Assembly (NCBI GenBank): GCA_017465905.1
Contig: JAFTVE010000002.1
Span: 14,865-78,864, forward strand
Origin: Bacteroidaceae bacterium
Lineage (GTDB): Bacteria; Bacteroidota; Bacteroidia; Bacteroidales; Bacteroidaceae
Direction: 5' to 3'
DNA: 64,000 nucleotides
Made by a program: the position numbers and the translations under genes. The first letter of the stretch is position 1. The number at the start of each line of letters is the position of its first letter. The notes under the pieces are model-generated. The model made no database searches. It was not told the origin of the DNA and saw only the letters and a list, made by a program, of their open reading frames with translations. This document shows, in pieces, positions 26,312-37,271 of this stretch.

Positions 26312-28558
26312 ATGAGTAATCAACAGCAGCGTAGCAATAAACCTGTCAACGCTAACAAACCACCCAAATTCTCGCTGTCGTGGGTGTATGCCATCATCTT
26401 CATGGCATTGGCATTTCTTTGGATGAACGATGGCACTAAGGAGACTAGCATGAAGCGCAACATCTCCTACTCGGAGTTCAAGGAGTATGTATCGAAAGGA
26501 TATGCCGAGAAAATTACGGCTAATGACAACAACAAGATAGAGCTAACCATCATTCCCGACTCGGCAGCTCGCATTTTGGGTCAGTCGGCTGTCCAGGAGG
26601 GAGTCCCCACCATATTTATCGTGGAGATGGGCTCATTGGAGGGTCTCGACCGCTTCGTCGACGAGCAAGAGAAGTCTGGTGCCTTCAAGGGCGAGATGAA
26701 TTATAAACGGGAGGATAAGTTCCTCAGCAATCTTTTCTGGAACCTGTTCCCCTTCATTCTGCTTATAGGAATCTGGATCTTTATCATGCGCCGCATGAGC
26801 GGTGGCGGAGCTGGAGGTCCTGGTGGCGTGTTTAATGTAGGAAAGTCTAAGGCACAGCTCTTCGAGAAAGGCGGAGCCAATAGAGTCACCTTCAAGGATG
26901 TGGCTGGACAAGCCGAGGCCAAGCAGGAGGTGCAGGAGATTGTAGAGTTCCTCAAGAAACCGGAGAAGTATACCGAGCTGGGTGGCAAGATTCCCAAGGG
27001 TGCACTGCTTGTGGGGCCTCCGGGTACTGGCAAGACGTTGCTTGCCAAGGCTGTAGCAGGAGAAGCCGATGTGCCTTTCTTTTCTCTCTCGGGTTCAGAC
27101 TTCGTGGAAATGTTTGTCGGTGTGGGAGCATCACGCGTACGCGATCTCTTCCGTCAGGCCAAGGAGAAGGCTCCCTGTATTATCTTCATCGATGAGATTG
27201 ATGCCGTAGGTCGTGCCCGTGGCAAGAATCCCGCGATGGGTGGTAATGACGAGCGCGAGAATACGCTCAATCAGCTGCTTACTGAAATGGATGGCTTTGG
27301 TACCAACAGCGGTGTTATCATTCTGGCTGCTACCAACCGTGTGGACATCCTCGATAAGGCGTTGCTGCGTGCAGGACGTTTTGACAGACAGATACATGTT
27401 GACCTTCCCGATTTGAATGAGCGTAAGGAAGTCTTTGGCGTGCATTTGCGTCCCCTGAAACTCGACAAGTCGGTTGATGTGGACCTGTTGGCTCGCCAGA
27501 CACCGGGCTTCTCGGGTGCAGATATTGCCAATGTATGTAACGAGGCTGCTCTCATTGCTGCCCGACACAATAAGAAGACCGTTAACAAGGAAGACTTCCT
27601 GGCTGCGGTCGACCGTATCATCGGTGGACTGGAGAAGAAAACCAAGGTGCTCACAGCTGAGGAGAAGCATACCATCGCCTTGCACGAAGCTGGGCATGCC
27701 ACACTCTCATGGCATTTGCAGTATGCCGACCCGTTGGTGAAGGTAACCATCGTGCCGCGTGGCCGTGCGCTCGGAGCAGCATGGTACCTGCCCGAGGAGC
27801 GTCAGATTACCACTAAGGAGCAGATGCTCGATGAAATGTGTGCTATCCTTGGAGGACGCGCTGCCGAGGAGCTCTTCACAGGACGTATCTCCACAGGTGC
27901 CATGAACGACTTGGAGCGTGTGACTAAGCAGGCATATGGCATGATTGCCTATGCTGGCATGGGTGACAAGCTGCCTAACCTCTGTTACTACAACAGTCAG
28001 GAGCAGTTCCAGAAACCCTATAGCGAAAAAACTGCGGAACTTATCGACAATGAGGTGAAGAATCTTATTGCCGAGCAATATGAGCGTGCCAAACGCATGC
28101 TCATGGAGCACCGTGATGGACACCGCCAGCTAGCTGAGCTACTGATGGAGCGTGAGGTAATCTTTGCCGAAGATGCAGAGCGAATATTCGGAAAACGTCC
28201 TTGGGCATCGCGCAGCGAAGAGATTATGGATACAACTATCGATGAACCCGTAGCTGTGTCACAGAAACCTGAATTCAAGGAGCTGGAGCACGATGTGGTC
28301 GCTCCCGATATGCCCGCCGCACCTTTCGTAACCGAACCTGTTGCTGAGTCTGTTGAAGAACCGAAGGGAAATGCCGAGAGACCTGCTGAGAAAGCTCTCG
28401 AAGTGGCTTCAGAGAATGTTGTGGACGGACCAAACGCCGTGGAGGAGGCCTCGCTTACCGAGACCCCCGACTATTCGAAGCCTGCCAAGCCCCGTAGTCG
28501 GAAGGCGAAGGGCGACAGCCTGTTCGACGGGTTTGACTTTGATCAAGAAGATAAGTAG
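26312..28558 (+). CDS. ftsH: ATP-dependent zinc metalloprotease FtsH
   Basis: [13 protein letters not shown] (Walker A), IIFIDEIDA, and the HEAGHA zinc site. Long acidic C-terminal tail. Confidence 0.95.
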   Translation: MSNQQQRSNKPVNANKPPKFSLSWVYAIIFMALAFLWMNDGTKETSMKRNISYSEFKEYVSKGYAEKITANDNNKIELTIIPDSAARILGQSAVQEGVPTIFIVEMGSLEGLDRFVDEQEKSGAFKGEMNYKREDKFLSNLFWNLFPFILLIGIWIFIMRRMSGGGAGGPGGVFNVGKSKAQLFEKGGANRVTFKDVAGQAEAKQEVQEIVEFLKKPEKYTELGGKIPKGALLVGPPGTGKTLLAKAVAGEADVPFFSLSGSDFVEMFVGVGASRVRDLFRQAKEKAPCIIFIDEIDAVGRARGKNPAMGGNDERENTLNQLLTEMDGFGTNSGVIILAATNRVDILDKALLRAGRFDRQIHVDLPDLNERKEVFGVHLRPLKLDKSVDVDLLARQTPGFSGADIANVCNEAALIAARHNKKTVNKEDFLAAVDRIIGGLEKKTKVLTAEEKHTIALHEAGHATLSWHLQYADPLVKVTIVPRGRALGAAWYLPEERQITTKEQMLDEMCAILGGRAAEELFTGRISTGAMNDLERVTKQAYGMIAYAGMGDKLPNLCYYNSQEQFQKPYSEKTAELIDNEVKNLIAEQYERAKRMLMEHRDGHRQLAELLMEREVIFAEDAERIFGKRPWASRSEEIMDTTIDEPVAVSQKPEFKELEHDVVAPDMPAAPFVTEPVAESVEEPKGNAERPAEKALEVASENVVDGPNAVEEASLTETPDYSKPAKPRSRKAKGDSLFDGFDFDQEDK

Positions 28559-28594
28559 CAACGCGTAGCATAACCATAAGAACACGACAACGAT

Positions 28595-29431
28595 ATGAAA
28601 AACTTTATCATCCGCGCCCTCACAGGCATAGCCATCGTGGCTGTTCAAGTCCTGTGTACCTACCTCAGTCCGCTCTCATTGGCTGGCCTGTTCCTGCTTC
28701 TGACTGCGCTTACGGTGAATGAGTTTTTGGGCATAGTGTCCCTGAAGGGGCAGGTGCAGGTGAATCGCCCCATCGTGATTGTGGGTAGCTGTTACCTGTT
28801 CTTCGCCTTTTGGCTCAATTGCCTTACTCGTGGAGGTTCGCTTGTCGTATTCGCTCCTTATTTAGTGTTCCTGCTTTATTGCTATATCAAGGAGCTGTAT
28901 AGCCATCATGACAATCCTATTGTGAATCTTGGCGTCACGATGCTCAGCCAGATATATATCGTGTTGCCATTGTCGCTCATCAATCTCCTTGCTTTCGGCG
29001 ATTTTGCCTGCTTCTCGGGCGAGGCTCCCTTCTATGCCATCCCTCTTGCTATCTATATATTTATTTGGGCTAGCGACACTGGAGCCTATTTGTGTGGCTC
29101 TCTATTGGGACGACACAGATTATTTCCCCGCATTTCGCCCAAGAAGTCTTGGGAGGGCTCCATCGGCGGTGCCTTGCTAACGGTGGGTGCAGCGGTAGCC
29201 GTAGCCCACTTCTATAGCTTCATGAATGTATGGCAATGGATAGGCATGGCGCTTGTGGTGGTAGTTTTTGGTACCTACGGTGACCTCACGGAATCGATGA
29301 TCAAGCGTCATCTGGGCATCAAGGATTCGGGCAATATACTTCCCGGTCACGGTGGCTTTCTCGATCGCCTCGATAGCATGTTCTTTGCCATCCCGGCAGT
29401 GATTGTGTACCTCTATATGCTGTCGCTGTAG
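28595..29431 (+). CDS. cdsA: phosphatidate cytidylyltransferase
   Basis: SPKKSWEGSIGG and GHGGFLDRLDS signature of CdsA. Confidence 0.85.
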   Translation: MKNFIIRALTGIAIVAVQVLCTYLSPLSLAGLFLLLTALTVNEFLGIVSLKGQVQVNRPIVIVGSCYLFFAFWLNCLTRGGSLVVFAPYLVFLLYCYIKELYSHHDNPIVNLGVTMLSQIYIVLPLSLINLLAFGDFACFSGEAPFYAIPLAIYIFIWASDTGAYLCGSLLGRHRLFPRISPKKSWEGSIGGALLTVGAAVAVAHFYSFMNVWQWIGMALVVVVFGTYGDLTESMIKRHLGIKDSGNILPGHGGFLDRLDSMFFAIPAVIVYLYMLSL

Positions 29432-29440
29432 TAAATCAAC

Positions 29441-30634
29441 CTATCTCTTTGTTCCCATGAGCAGCTCCACCATCTTCTCGGCTGTGTGCTCAGAGGCGCC
29501 CGGCTCACCCAGCGGGGCAATCACCATTTTGTCATACTCGTCGAACATACGGTTGCGGTAGAAGTCATCAAGGAGCAAACGGTCGAGTTCCTCGGTCAGT
29601 TCACGCTCGCGCATCTCATGCGCAACAAGTTCGCGCACCAAGGGGAAGTTTGCCACGAGATTTACCAGCGAGATGTATTCAACTTTCAGCACTAGGCTGC
29701 GTAGCCACGAAACCACCTTTCCACACATGATATAGTAGCAAACTACCTGTGGCACACGGAATAGGGCTGTTTCCAGCGTTGCCGTTCCCGAGGTGACCAT
29801 GGCTGCATACGAATGGCTCAGCAGGGCATAGGTCTCGCCATAGACCACAAAGAGTCCCTCCTTGGAAGGGTATGCGTTGGAGGCTTGTCCATACATCTCC
29901 TTGTCTATGCCTGGCGCTCCGGCTATCACCCACTGGAATCCCTTGATTCGCTCTCTGCGGTGTATCCTTCCTGGCTTGAAGTGCTTGGTTGCGGTGAGCA
30001 TGACGGGGAGGTTGTCCTTGATCTCTTGCTTGCGGCTTCCTGCGAGCAGTGCCACGATGGGTAGTTCGGGGTTGAGGCCATGGCGTGCGCAAAACTCCTC
30101 GCGGGTCTCGGTATATTGGGCCTTGAATTCGGCCACTGCATCTACGCAGGGATTGCCCACATAGTGGATGGGGTAGCCGTGACTGGCGTAGAAGGGCACC
30201 TCGAAGGGGAGGATGGAGAACATTTCATCGACGTAGCGGCGTATGTCCTTGATGCGATACTCCTTCCATGCCCATATCTTGGGAGATATGTAGTAGTATA
30301 CGGGTATTTGCGTGTGGGTCTTCACATACTTGGCGATAGAGAGGTTGAATCCTGGGTAGTCGACCAGTATGACTACGTTGGGAGCCCACGCTGCAATGTC
30401 CTCTTTGCACAGGCGCATGTTGCGCAGTATGGTGCGTGCGTGTAGTGCTACCTGCACGAATCCCATGTAGGCTAGCTCACGGTAGTGCTTTACCAATGTG
30501 CCGCCTACAGCCTGCATAAGGTCACCTCCGAAGAAGCGGAACTCCGCTTCGGGATCCTTGGCCTTGAGCGCTCGCATCAGGTTCGATGCGTGCAGGTCGC
30601 CCGAGGCCTCGCCTGCGATGATGTAGTATTTCAT
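29441..30634 (-). CDS. lpxB: lipid-A-disaccharide synthase
   Basis: MKYYIIAGEASGDLHASNLM N-terminus and full-length LpxB similarity. Confidence 0.9.
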   Translation of the reverse strand: MKYYIIAGEASGDLHASNLMRALKAKDPEAEFRFFGGDLMQAVGGTLVKHYRELAYMGFVQVALHARTILRNMRLCKEDIAAWAPNVVILVDYPGFNLSIAKYVKTHTQIPVYYYISPKIWAWKEYRIKDIRRYVDEMFSILPFEVPFYASHGYPIHYVGNPCVDAVAEFKAQYTETREEFCARHGLNPELPIVALLAGSRKQEIKDNLPVMLTATKHFKPGRIHRRERIKGFQWVIAGAPGIDKEMYGQASNAYPSKEGLFVVYGETYALLSHSYAAMVTSGTATLETALFRVPQVVCYYIMCGKVVSWLRSLVLKVEYISLVNLVANFPLVRELVAHEMRERELTEELDRLLLDDFYRNRMFDEYDKMVIAPLGEPGASEHTAEKMVELLMGTKR

Positions 30635-30715
30635 TGTTTATTACTTGCTTTTTAAAGGTTTTCCTAGACAGTCCTAGGGGTTCCTAGGATAGCTAATGAC
30701 AACTTGGAATAATCA

Positions 30716-31489
30716 TCATCCCAAGTCCCAACTGTTTTCCATCTCCTCTATCATGCGATAGTCGGTCATGTCAATCTGTATGGGAGTCACGGCCACGTAG
30801 CCCTCGGTAAGGTTGGGGCGGTCGGCATCGTGCGGATGGTCGTCGCGTAAGCAGAAGCTGCCTACTAGCCAGAAGTAGTTCCCACCGCGCGGATGCGGAT
30901 GTTCTTCCCACTCCTGAGTCCACTCGCCCCGTGCCATACGGCATACCTTCACGCCTTCGTAGATGGGCGTGGCGGGGAAGTTGACATTGAGGCAGGTGCC
31001 ATTAGGCAGACCATGCTCAAGTATCTGCTCCACGATTTTCACGATATAGGGGGCACAAGGTTCGAAGTCGGCTTCGGGTGAATGGTTGTCGAGCGAGAAC
31101 CCAACCGAGGGAATGCCCTTCATGCAGCCTTCGATGACGATGCCCATGGTACCCGAGTAGTGTACGTTGACTCCTGAGTTGTCGCCGTGGTTGATGCCAC
31201 CGATAATCATGTCGGGCTGACGGTCAGCAAACTCATGCAGCGCCATCTTGATGCAGTCGACAGGAGTACCTGAGCAGCGGTAAATGGTGGTTCCCTCGCG
31301 CTCGCTTACCAGGTTGTAGTACACCGGTTGGGTGGAGGTGATGGCGCATCCCATTCCTGAACGTCCTCCGTCGGGAGCCATCACGAGAATGTCGGCTATT
31401 GGTGACAACAGCTCGGCTAAGAAGTTGATGCCTCGTGCCTTGTAGCCATCATCGTTTGAGAGCAGTATTAATGGTCTTTCGTTGTCCAT
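30716..31489 (-). CDS. surE: 5'/3'-nucleotidase SurE
   Basis: ILLSNDDGY and GINHGDN motifs. -7 box near 31567-31580. Confidence 0.9.
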   Translation of the reverse strand: MDNERPLILLSNDDGYKARGINFLAELLSPIADILVMAPDGGRSGMGCAITSTQPVYYNLVSEREGTTIYRCSGTPVDCIKMALHEFADRQPDMIIGGINHGDNSGVNVHYSGTMGIVIEGCMKGIPSVGFSLDNHSPEADFEPCAPYIVKIVEQILEHGLPNGTCLNVNFPATPIYEGVKVCRMARGEWTQEWEEHPHPRGGNYFWLVGSFCLRDDHPHDADRPNLTEGYVAVTPIQIDMTDYRMIEEMENSWDLG

Positions 31490-31834
31490 ATGTAGATCTT
31501 TTTTGAGTATCGCAAGCTGTTGTCGCTTGTCGGTGAATCGTGTTGTCGTGTAGAAGAAAACTGTACTGCAAAATTACGAAATCGTCCACATGCATGCAAG
31601 GTTTTGGATAGAAAGTTGTTTTCAAGTGCCCTGAAAATGGCAGCAATCGACTTGTTCTCTATTGCAATGTGTGAGATCTCTCACTTTCGAGATGGACACT
31701 ATCCTTCAACCCTTAACCGATAACCCTTAACCCCTCACTTTTTAGCCCTAAATAGAAGCCGCTCTACGGCTTGCCGCGCCTTCGACAAGGCTGAATAAAT
31801 GGTAAATCTCTGATGGCATGGCGATAAGAGAGCG

Positions 31835-31871
31835 CAAAAAATAGGAAGAACCTTAGTGATTCTTCCTATTT
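31835..31871 (-). terminator. terminator after the MFS transporter gene
   Basis: AATAGGAAGAA-ccttagtg-ATTCTTCCTATT, followed on the minus strand by TTTTTTG. Confidence 0.7.
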
Positions 31872-31905
31872 GTCTCAGTGGATGTCGTGTGACGACGAAG
31901 TGCTA

Positions 31906-33381
31906 TTAGAGTTCAATCTTCTTGTAGCGTGGTACGAGCACCTTCATGATAGACCATGCGATGAGGTAAGCTACGGCACATATGCAGAATACTACCATGT
32001 AGCCACCCTGCTTGCCATCGAAACCGAATACAGAGAATGCCTCGCCCAATCCTTCTGAGTAGGTGAAGAGCCAGCCTGCACCCTTGTTGATGAGGAACGA
32101 GCCGATACCACCTGCCATACCACCGATACCGGTGATGGTAGCTACCATGCTCTTGGGGAACATGTCGCCAATGGTAGAGAAGAGGTTGGCACTCCAAGCC
32201 TGATGGCCTGCACCTGCCAAGCCGATGATGATAGCGGGCCACCAAGCAGAGTTGAGGCCGATGCCAAGGGGCTGTGCAAACAGTGCGAGCAAGGGGAAGA
32301 AGGCGAAGATAAGCATGGCGAGCATACGTCCGTTGTAGGGGTTCATGCCCTTCTTCTCCACGAAAATCTTGGGCAAGTAGCCACCGCCGATAGAGATAAC
32401 GGTCACGATGGCGTAGAGCACTACGATGAGGGCCATACCTGTGCCTGATGATGACTTGTAGCCAAACTGGTCAGAGAAGTAGGCAGGTGCCCAGAAGAGG
32501 TAGAACCACCACACACCGTCGGTGAAGAACTTACCCACGATGAATGACCATGTCTGACGGAACTTGAAGCACTCCCAGATAGATACTGACTTCTCCTTAG
32601 GAGCGTTTTCAGACTTCTGCTCCTCAGCATCGTCCTGCTGCATATAGGCGAGCTCGGCCTTGTTAACGAAGCGTGAACGCTCGGGCTTGTCGTACATGAA
32701 TACCCATGCACCCATCCAAAGGAAGCCGATACCACCGATGATGATGAAGGCCATCTCCCAGCCGCCGCCTACGCCCTGGTCCTTGAAGTACTGGGCAAGC
32801 AGGGGAATGGTAGCAGGAGCCACGAGAGCACCTACCGATGCACCTGCGTTGAAGATTGAGGTAGCAAAGGCGCGGTCCTTCTTGGGGAAGTACTCGGCTG
32901 TAGTCTTGATGGCTGCGGGGAAGTTACCGGCCTCACCGAGAGCGAGGATGGCGCGTGCACCGAGGAACAACCATACGCTGACACTGGCGATAGCCAAGGC
33001 GGCAGCGCTGCCGTTCTCCACAGCTGCCATAGCAGCTACTGACTCGTAGCCCTCGATATGCATGGTAGCCCATCCGCAAGCGGCATGGATACATGCACCG
33101 AACGACCACACACCGATGGCCCAGAGGTAACCCTTCTTGGTGCCCATCCAGTCTACAAACTTACCTGCAAACAGCATGCAGACAGCATAGATAAGAGAGA
33201 ATGCCGCGGTGATGGTACCATAGTCGGCATCTGTCCAGTGGAACTCAGGAGCGATAAAGTCTTTCCATGTGAGCGAAAGTACCTGTCGGTCCATGTAGTT
33301 GACTGTTGTTGCTAAGAACAACATGGCGCACATGACCCAACGATAGTTGGTCATTTTTGCATTTCCTTTTTGATTGCTCAT
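31906..33381 (-). CDS. MFS transporter (hexuronate/ExuT-like, ACS family)
   Basis: 12-TM MFS pattern with N-terminal YRWVMCAMLFLATTVNYMDRQ, typical of the ACS/ExuT subfamily. Sits next to a GH88/105 gene. Terminator at 31835-31871. Confidence 0.75.
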   Translation of the reverse strand: MSNQKGNAKMTNYRWVMCAMLFLATTVNYMDRQVLSLTWKDFIAPEFHWTDADYGTITAAFSLIYAVCMLFAGKFVDWMGTKKGYLWAIGVWSFGACIHAACGWATMHIEGYESVAAMAAVENGSAAALAIASVSVWLFLGARAILALGEAGNFPAAIKTTAEYFPKKDRAFATSIFNAGASVGALVAPATIPLLAQYFKDQGVGGGWEMAFIIIGGIGFLWMGAWVFMYDKPERSRFVNKAELAYMQQDDAEEQKSENAPKEKSVSIWECFKFRQTWSFIVGKFFTDGVWWFYLFWAPAYFSDQFGYKSSSGTGMALIVVLYAIVTVISIGGGYLPKIFVEKKGMNPYNGRMLAMLIFAFFPLLALFAQPLGIGLNSAWWPAIIIGLAGAGHQAWSANLFSTIGDMFPKSMVATITGIGGMAGGIGSFLINKGAGWLFTYSEGLGEAFSVFGFDGKQGGYMVVFCICAVAYLIAWSIMKVLVPRYKKIEL

Positions 33382-33471
33382 GTTCTTTCGTTTTGTTTAT
33401 TTGGTTATTAAATTAGTGTTTTCTGTACACATCATCGGGCAAATGTAAGGACTTTTCTCCACAAATGCAAA

Positions 33472-34659
33472 TTATTGGTGCAACAACTCGTGTTCGAGCG
33501 ACGCATTGATGAAGGGGCCGAGGGCTTTGGGGTCGTTCGAGCGTATCTGTTCGTTGATGTAGTAGTTGTAGTCGCCGGCGCGATAAACCTTGCCTCCGAG
33601 GCCTGCTACGGCACAGGTGCGGGTGAGCGAGATGGTGCCGTCTTCGTGCTCCTCAATGAAGTTGTCGAGGATGCCTTGGTAGCCCTTCTCGGCTACGGCA
33701 AGGTAGGAACTGTCGAGGTAGCCGAGGCGTACGGCCTTGTAGAGGGCAAAGACGAACATCGATGAGCAGGACGACTCCAGGTAGTTGCCTTCACGTCCGG
33801 GACAGTCGAGCACCTGGTACCACAAACCCGTGGCGGGGTCCTGATAGTTTTTCACACCTTCGGCTACGGCATTGAGGATCTTCTTCATCGTAGCGTTGCC
33901 CGCATAGTCGGCGGGCATCTGCTCCAAGGCATCGACGATGGCCATGGCAAACCATCCCTGGGCACGTCCCCATGAGTGGGCCGACTGGCCGGTGATGCTG
34001 TCGCACCAGCGTTGCTCGCGGCTCTCGTCCCAAGCGTGACGGAAGAGTCCCGTGGCGGGGTCGTAGGTCTTCTCGGCCACTACGGCAAACTGGTGCACGA
34101 TGTCGGCATAGCAGGAGTCGGGAGTGGTGTTGTAGCCACCATAGCGACGGGTATATTCGGCATAGAAGGGCGAGCCCATATAGAGTCCGTCGAGCCACAT
34201 CTGCCAGGGATACACCTTCTTGTGCCAGAAACCTCCTGCATGGGTGCGGGGCTGATGGGTGATCTGGTCGCGCACGAGGTCGAGGGCCTTCTTGTACTTC
34301 TCCTCGCCGGTCTTGTCGTAGACGCGGTAGAAGAGTTTGGCCGTGTGGATACGGTCGAGGCTTTCCTCATGAGGGCGGTAGGTCTTGATGGTGCCGTCTT
34401 CGTTGACCATGGTGTCGCAGAAGGCGAGCACGTATTGCCAGATGCGCTCGTCGCCATAGCGCTCGTAGGTGTTGAGCATGCCTTCAAGCTCTACGCCAGA
34501 GGCATAGTCCCATTTGATCTTGTCCTTGAAGTCGAGGCGCCAGCTCTCGGGCACGCGCTGCATCTCGGACTCTGTCATGCGTACTGACATCGGTTTCTCG
34601 TGGGTGCAGGCAGCAAGGAGCGTGCATGCAGTCAGGAGGAGGAATAGTGTCTTTTTCAT
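33472..34659 (-). CDS. GH88/GH105-family unsaturated glucuronyl/rhamnogalacturonyl hydrolase lipoprotein
   Basis: Start set at MKKTLFLLLTACTLLAAC. WDYASGVELEGML, GGFWHKK and SWGRAQGW are typical of the family. The track's 102-aa N-terminal extension reads through a simple repeat. Confidence 0.75.
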   Translation of the reverse strand: MKKTLFLLLTACTLLAACTHEKPMSVRMTESEMQRVPESWRLDFKDKIKWDYASGVELEGMLNTYERYGDERIWQYVLAFCDTMVNEDGTIKTYRPHEESLDRIHTAKLFYRVYDKTGEEKYKKALDLVRDQITHQPRTHAGGFWHKKVYPWQMWLDGLYMGSPFYAEYTRRYGGYNTTPDSCYADIVHQFAVVAEKTYDPATGLFRHAWDESREQRWCDSITGQSAHSWGRAQGWFAMAIVDALEQMPADYAGNATMKKILNAVAEGVKNYQDPATGLWYQVLDCPGREGNYLESSCSSMFVFALYKAVRLGYLDSSYLAVAEKGYQGILDNFIEEHEDGTISLTRTCAVAGLGGKVYRAGDYNYYINEQIRSNDPKALGPFINASLEHELLHQ

Positions 34660-34699
34660 TGTTTCGTTGTGTTTATTGGTGTTGTTTGTTGTTTTTCTT

Positions 34700-34780
34700 T
34701 GTTTTTTCTCGGAGGACTCGGAGGATTCTGAGGACTCAGAGAACTCGGAGGACTCGGAGATCTCTGAGAGCGCTGATGCC
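34700..34780. repeat. simple-word spacer (CTCGGAGGA/CTCTGAG words)
   Basis: CTCGGAGGACTCGGAGGATTCTGAGGACTCAGAGAACTCGGAGGACTCGGAGATCTCTGAGAGC, between the GH88/105 start and the murF-alr stop. Confidence 0.8.
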
Positions 34781-34796
34781 CTGGGGCCCCAGCTCG

Positions 34797-37271
34797 TCAG
34801 CTCTCCAGCGAGTAGACGCGGCGCACGCGGGTGGAGATGCCTGTCATCACCTCGTAGGGGATGGTGCCGAGCCATTCGGCCAGTTGGGTCACAGGCAGTT
34901 CGGGACCGAAAATCTCTACCTTGTCGCCCTCTTGGCAGGGGATGTCGGTGACGTCTATCATGCACACATCCATGCAGATGTTGCCCACGTAGCGGGCTTG
35001 CTGTCCGTTGACGATGCAGTATCCGTGCCCGTTGCCCAGTCGGCGGTTGAGTCCGTCGGCATAGCCAATGGGGATGGAGGCGATGCGCGAGGGGCGCACC
35101 AGCTGTCCTCTACGGCTGTAGCCCACGGTCTCCGTTTCGGGCACGTCGTGTATCTGCAGTATGGTGGTCTGAAGCTTACTGATGGGGTGGAGCAAGCGGT
35201 CGCCCACAGGACTGATGCCATAGAGTCCGAGGCCCAGGCGCACCATGTCGTGATGGTATTCGGGGAAGCGTTCGATGCCTGCCGAGTTGCATATGTGGCG
35301 CAGTATCTTGTGGGGGAAGGCGGCTTGCAGGGCGGTAGCTGCTTCGTCGAAGCGGGCGGCCTGCAGGTGAGTGAAGGTGTCGAACTCGGGGCTGTCGCTG
35401 CCTGCAAAATGCGAGAATACCGAGCGGGGAATCACAGCCGACTGACGGCTGAGGCGACTGATGAGGCGGGGCATCTCGTCGGGACGGAAGCCGAGGCGGC
35501 TCATGCCAGTGTCGATCTTGATATGTACGGGGTAGTGCAGGTATCCTTCACGCTCGCACGCGCGAATCATCTCTTCCAGCAGGGTGAAGCTGTAGATTTC
35601 CGGTTCCAGATTGTTCTCGAAGAGGGTCTTGAAGGCTGTCAGCTCGGGGTTCATCACGAGGATGCTGGCGGTGATGCCAGCCTTGCGCAGCTGTTCGCCC
35701 TCATCGGCTACGGCTACGGCCAGATAGTCCACCCGATGATCCTGCAGCGTCTTGGCAATCTCATAGAAGCCGGCTCCGTAGGCAAATGCCTTGACCATGC
35801 AGACGGTCTTCACCGAGGGGGCCATCAAGCTGCGGTAATGGTTGAGGTTGTCGACCATGGCTCCGAGGTCAATCTCCAAAGTGGTCTCATGTACCTTAAG
35901 CGCAAGGCGCTCAGTGATGCGGTCGAAGCCGAAGCTACGGGATCCCTTGACGAGGATGAACGAACGGTGCAGGCTGTTCAGCTCATCTGATTGCAGGAAC
36001 TCCTCGGTAGTGAGGTAGAACGACTTCTTTATGTTGAAGTATGACTCGGCTGCCGAAAGGTCCTTGCCGATGCCGATGATGCGCTCTATGCCGCGTGTGG
36101 TGATGAGTCCGGCAAGCATTTTGTAGAGCGAATGGTGCTCTTGTCCGGTCTGTTGCAGGTCGGAGAGTATAAGGACCCTTTCACGACCTTCACGCTCGGG
36201 GCGCCGTGCCATGAAGTCAAGTGCAATGTCGAGTGATGCAATGTCGGAATTGTAGCTGTCGTTGATGAGCGTAGACCCGTTTTTACCCTCCTTGACCTCG
36301 AGGCGCATGGCTACAGGCTCAAGCTGTGCCATCCTCTTGGCTATGAGTACCGGAGAAACTCGTAGATATAGGCATACGGCCAAGCAATGCAATGAGTTCT
36401 CCACAGAAGCATTGTCGGTGAAGGGTATCTCATACATGCCTTGTATACCCAGGAAGTTGTATTCTACGATAGTCTTGTCGCTTTCTTTTGTTACGGAGGA
36501 TATATAGAGAGGCTTGTCGGTGTTGTGACGTGACCATGCTATCTCGCGGGCCGATTGCAGGGTACGGTTAACGCAATCGCATATTAATTCGTCGTCGCCG
36601 TTGTAGATGACAATCTCGCAGTCGCGAAATAGTGTTAGCTTCTCCATGCACTTGCTCTGCAGGGAGATGAAATTGTCCTGATGGGCTCCGCCAATGTTAG
36701 TGAACACACCGATGGTGGGCTTTATGATTTCGCGCAGACGCTTCATCTCGTCCGGTTCGGAGATTCCTGCTTCAATCAGTGCAGCTTGTGTGGACTCCTC
36801 TATCTGCCAAATGGATAGCGGTACACCGATTTGTGAGTTGTAGCTGCGAGGCGAGCGTGTTATGCGGTGGTCGGGGGAGAGGAGCTGGCTAAGCCATTCC
36901 TTGACTACGGTCTTGCCGTTGCTGCCTGTGATTCCTATGACGGGGATGTCAAAGCTTGCCCGGTGCTTCTCGGCCAGTATCTGCAAGGCTGTGAGCGTAT
37001 TTGTTACCACAAGGAAGGCGGCATCGGGCATCTGTTTCAATAGTTCTTGAGAGGGGGAGGTGGAAACTACAAATTGACGTACTCCACGGCTATAAAGCTC
37101 GGGAATATAACGATGCCCGTCGTTGCGCTTGCTTACCAATGCGAAAAACAGCGTCTCTTCGGGAAAGCAGAGCGAGCGGCTGTCGGTGAGCAACCATTTG
37201 ACCGTACCCTCAGTGTGTCCCAAATGCTCAGCGTGGACTAGGGCTGCGATGTCTTTAATAGCGTATGGCAT
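34797..37271 (-). CDS. bifunctional UDP-MurNAc-tripeptide--D-Ala-D-Ala ligase (MurF) / alanine racemase
   Basis: N-terminal half has GITGSNGKTVVKEW (Mur ligase P-loop). C-terminal half has VKAFAYGAG (PLP-lysine region of alanine racemase). Start set at MPYAIKD. Confidence 0.85.
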   Translation of the reverse strand: MPYAIKDIAALVHAEHLGHTEGTVKWLLTDSRSLCFPEETLFFALVSKRNDGHRYIPELYSRGVRQFVVSTSPSQELLKQMPDAAFLVVTNTLTALQILAEKHRASFDIPVIGITGSNGKTVVKEWLSQLLSPDHRITRSPRSYNSQIGVPLSIWQIEESTQAALIEAGISEPDEMKRLREIIKPTIGVFTNIGGAHQDNFISLQSKCMEKLTLFRDCEIVIYNGDDELICDCVNRTLQSAREIAWSRHNTDKPLYISSVTKESDKTIVEYNFLGIQGMYEIPFTDNASVENSLHCLAVCLYLRVSPVLIAKRMAQLEPVAMRLEVKEGKNGSTLINDSYNSDIASLDIALDFMARRPEREGRERVLILSDLQQTGQEHHSLYKMLAGLITTRGIERIIGIGKDLSAAESYFNIKKSFYLTTEEFLQSDELNSLHRSFILVKGSRSFGFDRITERLALKVHETTLEIDLGAMVDNLNHYRSLMAPSVKTVCMVKAFAYGAGFYEIAKTLQDHRVDYLAVAVADEGEQLRKAGITASILVMNPELTAFKTLFENNLEPEIYSFTLLEEMIRACEREGYLHYPVHIKIDTGMSRLGFRPDEMPRLISRLSRQSAVIPRSVFSHFAGSDSPEFDTFTHLQAARFDEAATALQAAFPHKILRHICNSAGIERFPEYHHDMVRLGLGLYGISPVGDRLLHPISKLQTTILQIHDVPETETVGYSRRGQLVRPSRIASIPIGYADGLNRRLGNGHGYCIVNGQQARYVGNICMDVCMIDVTDIPCQEGDKVEIFGPELPVTQLAEWLGTIPYEVMTGISTRVRRVYSLES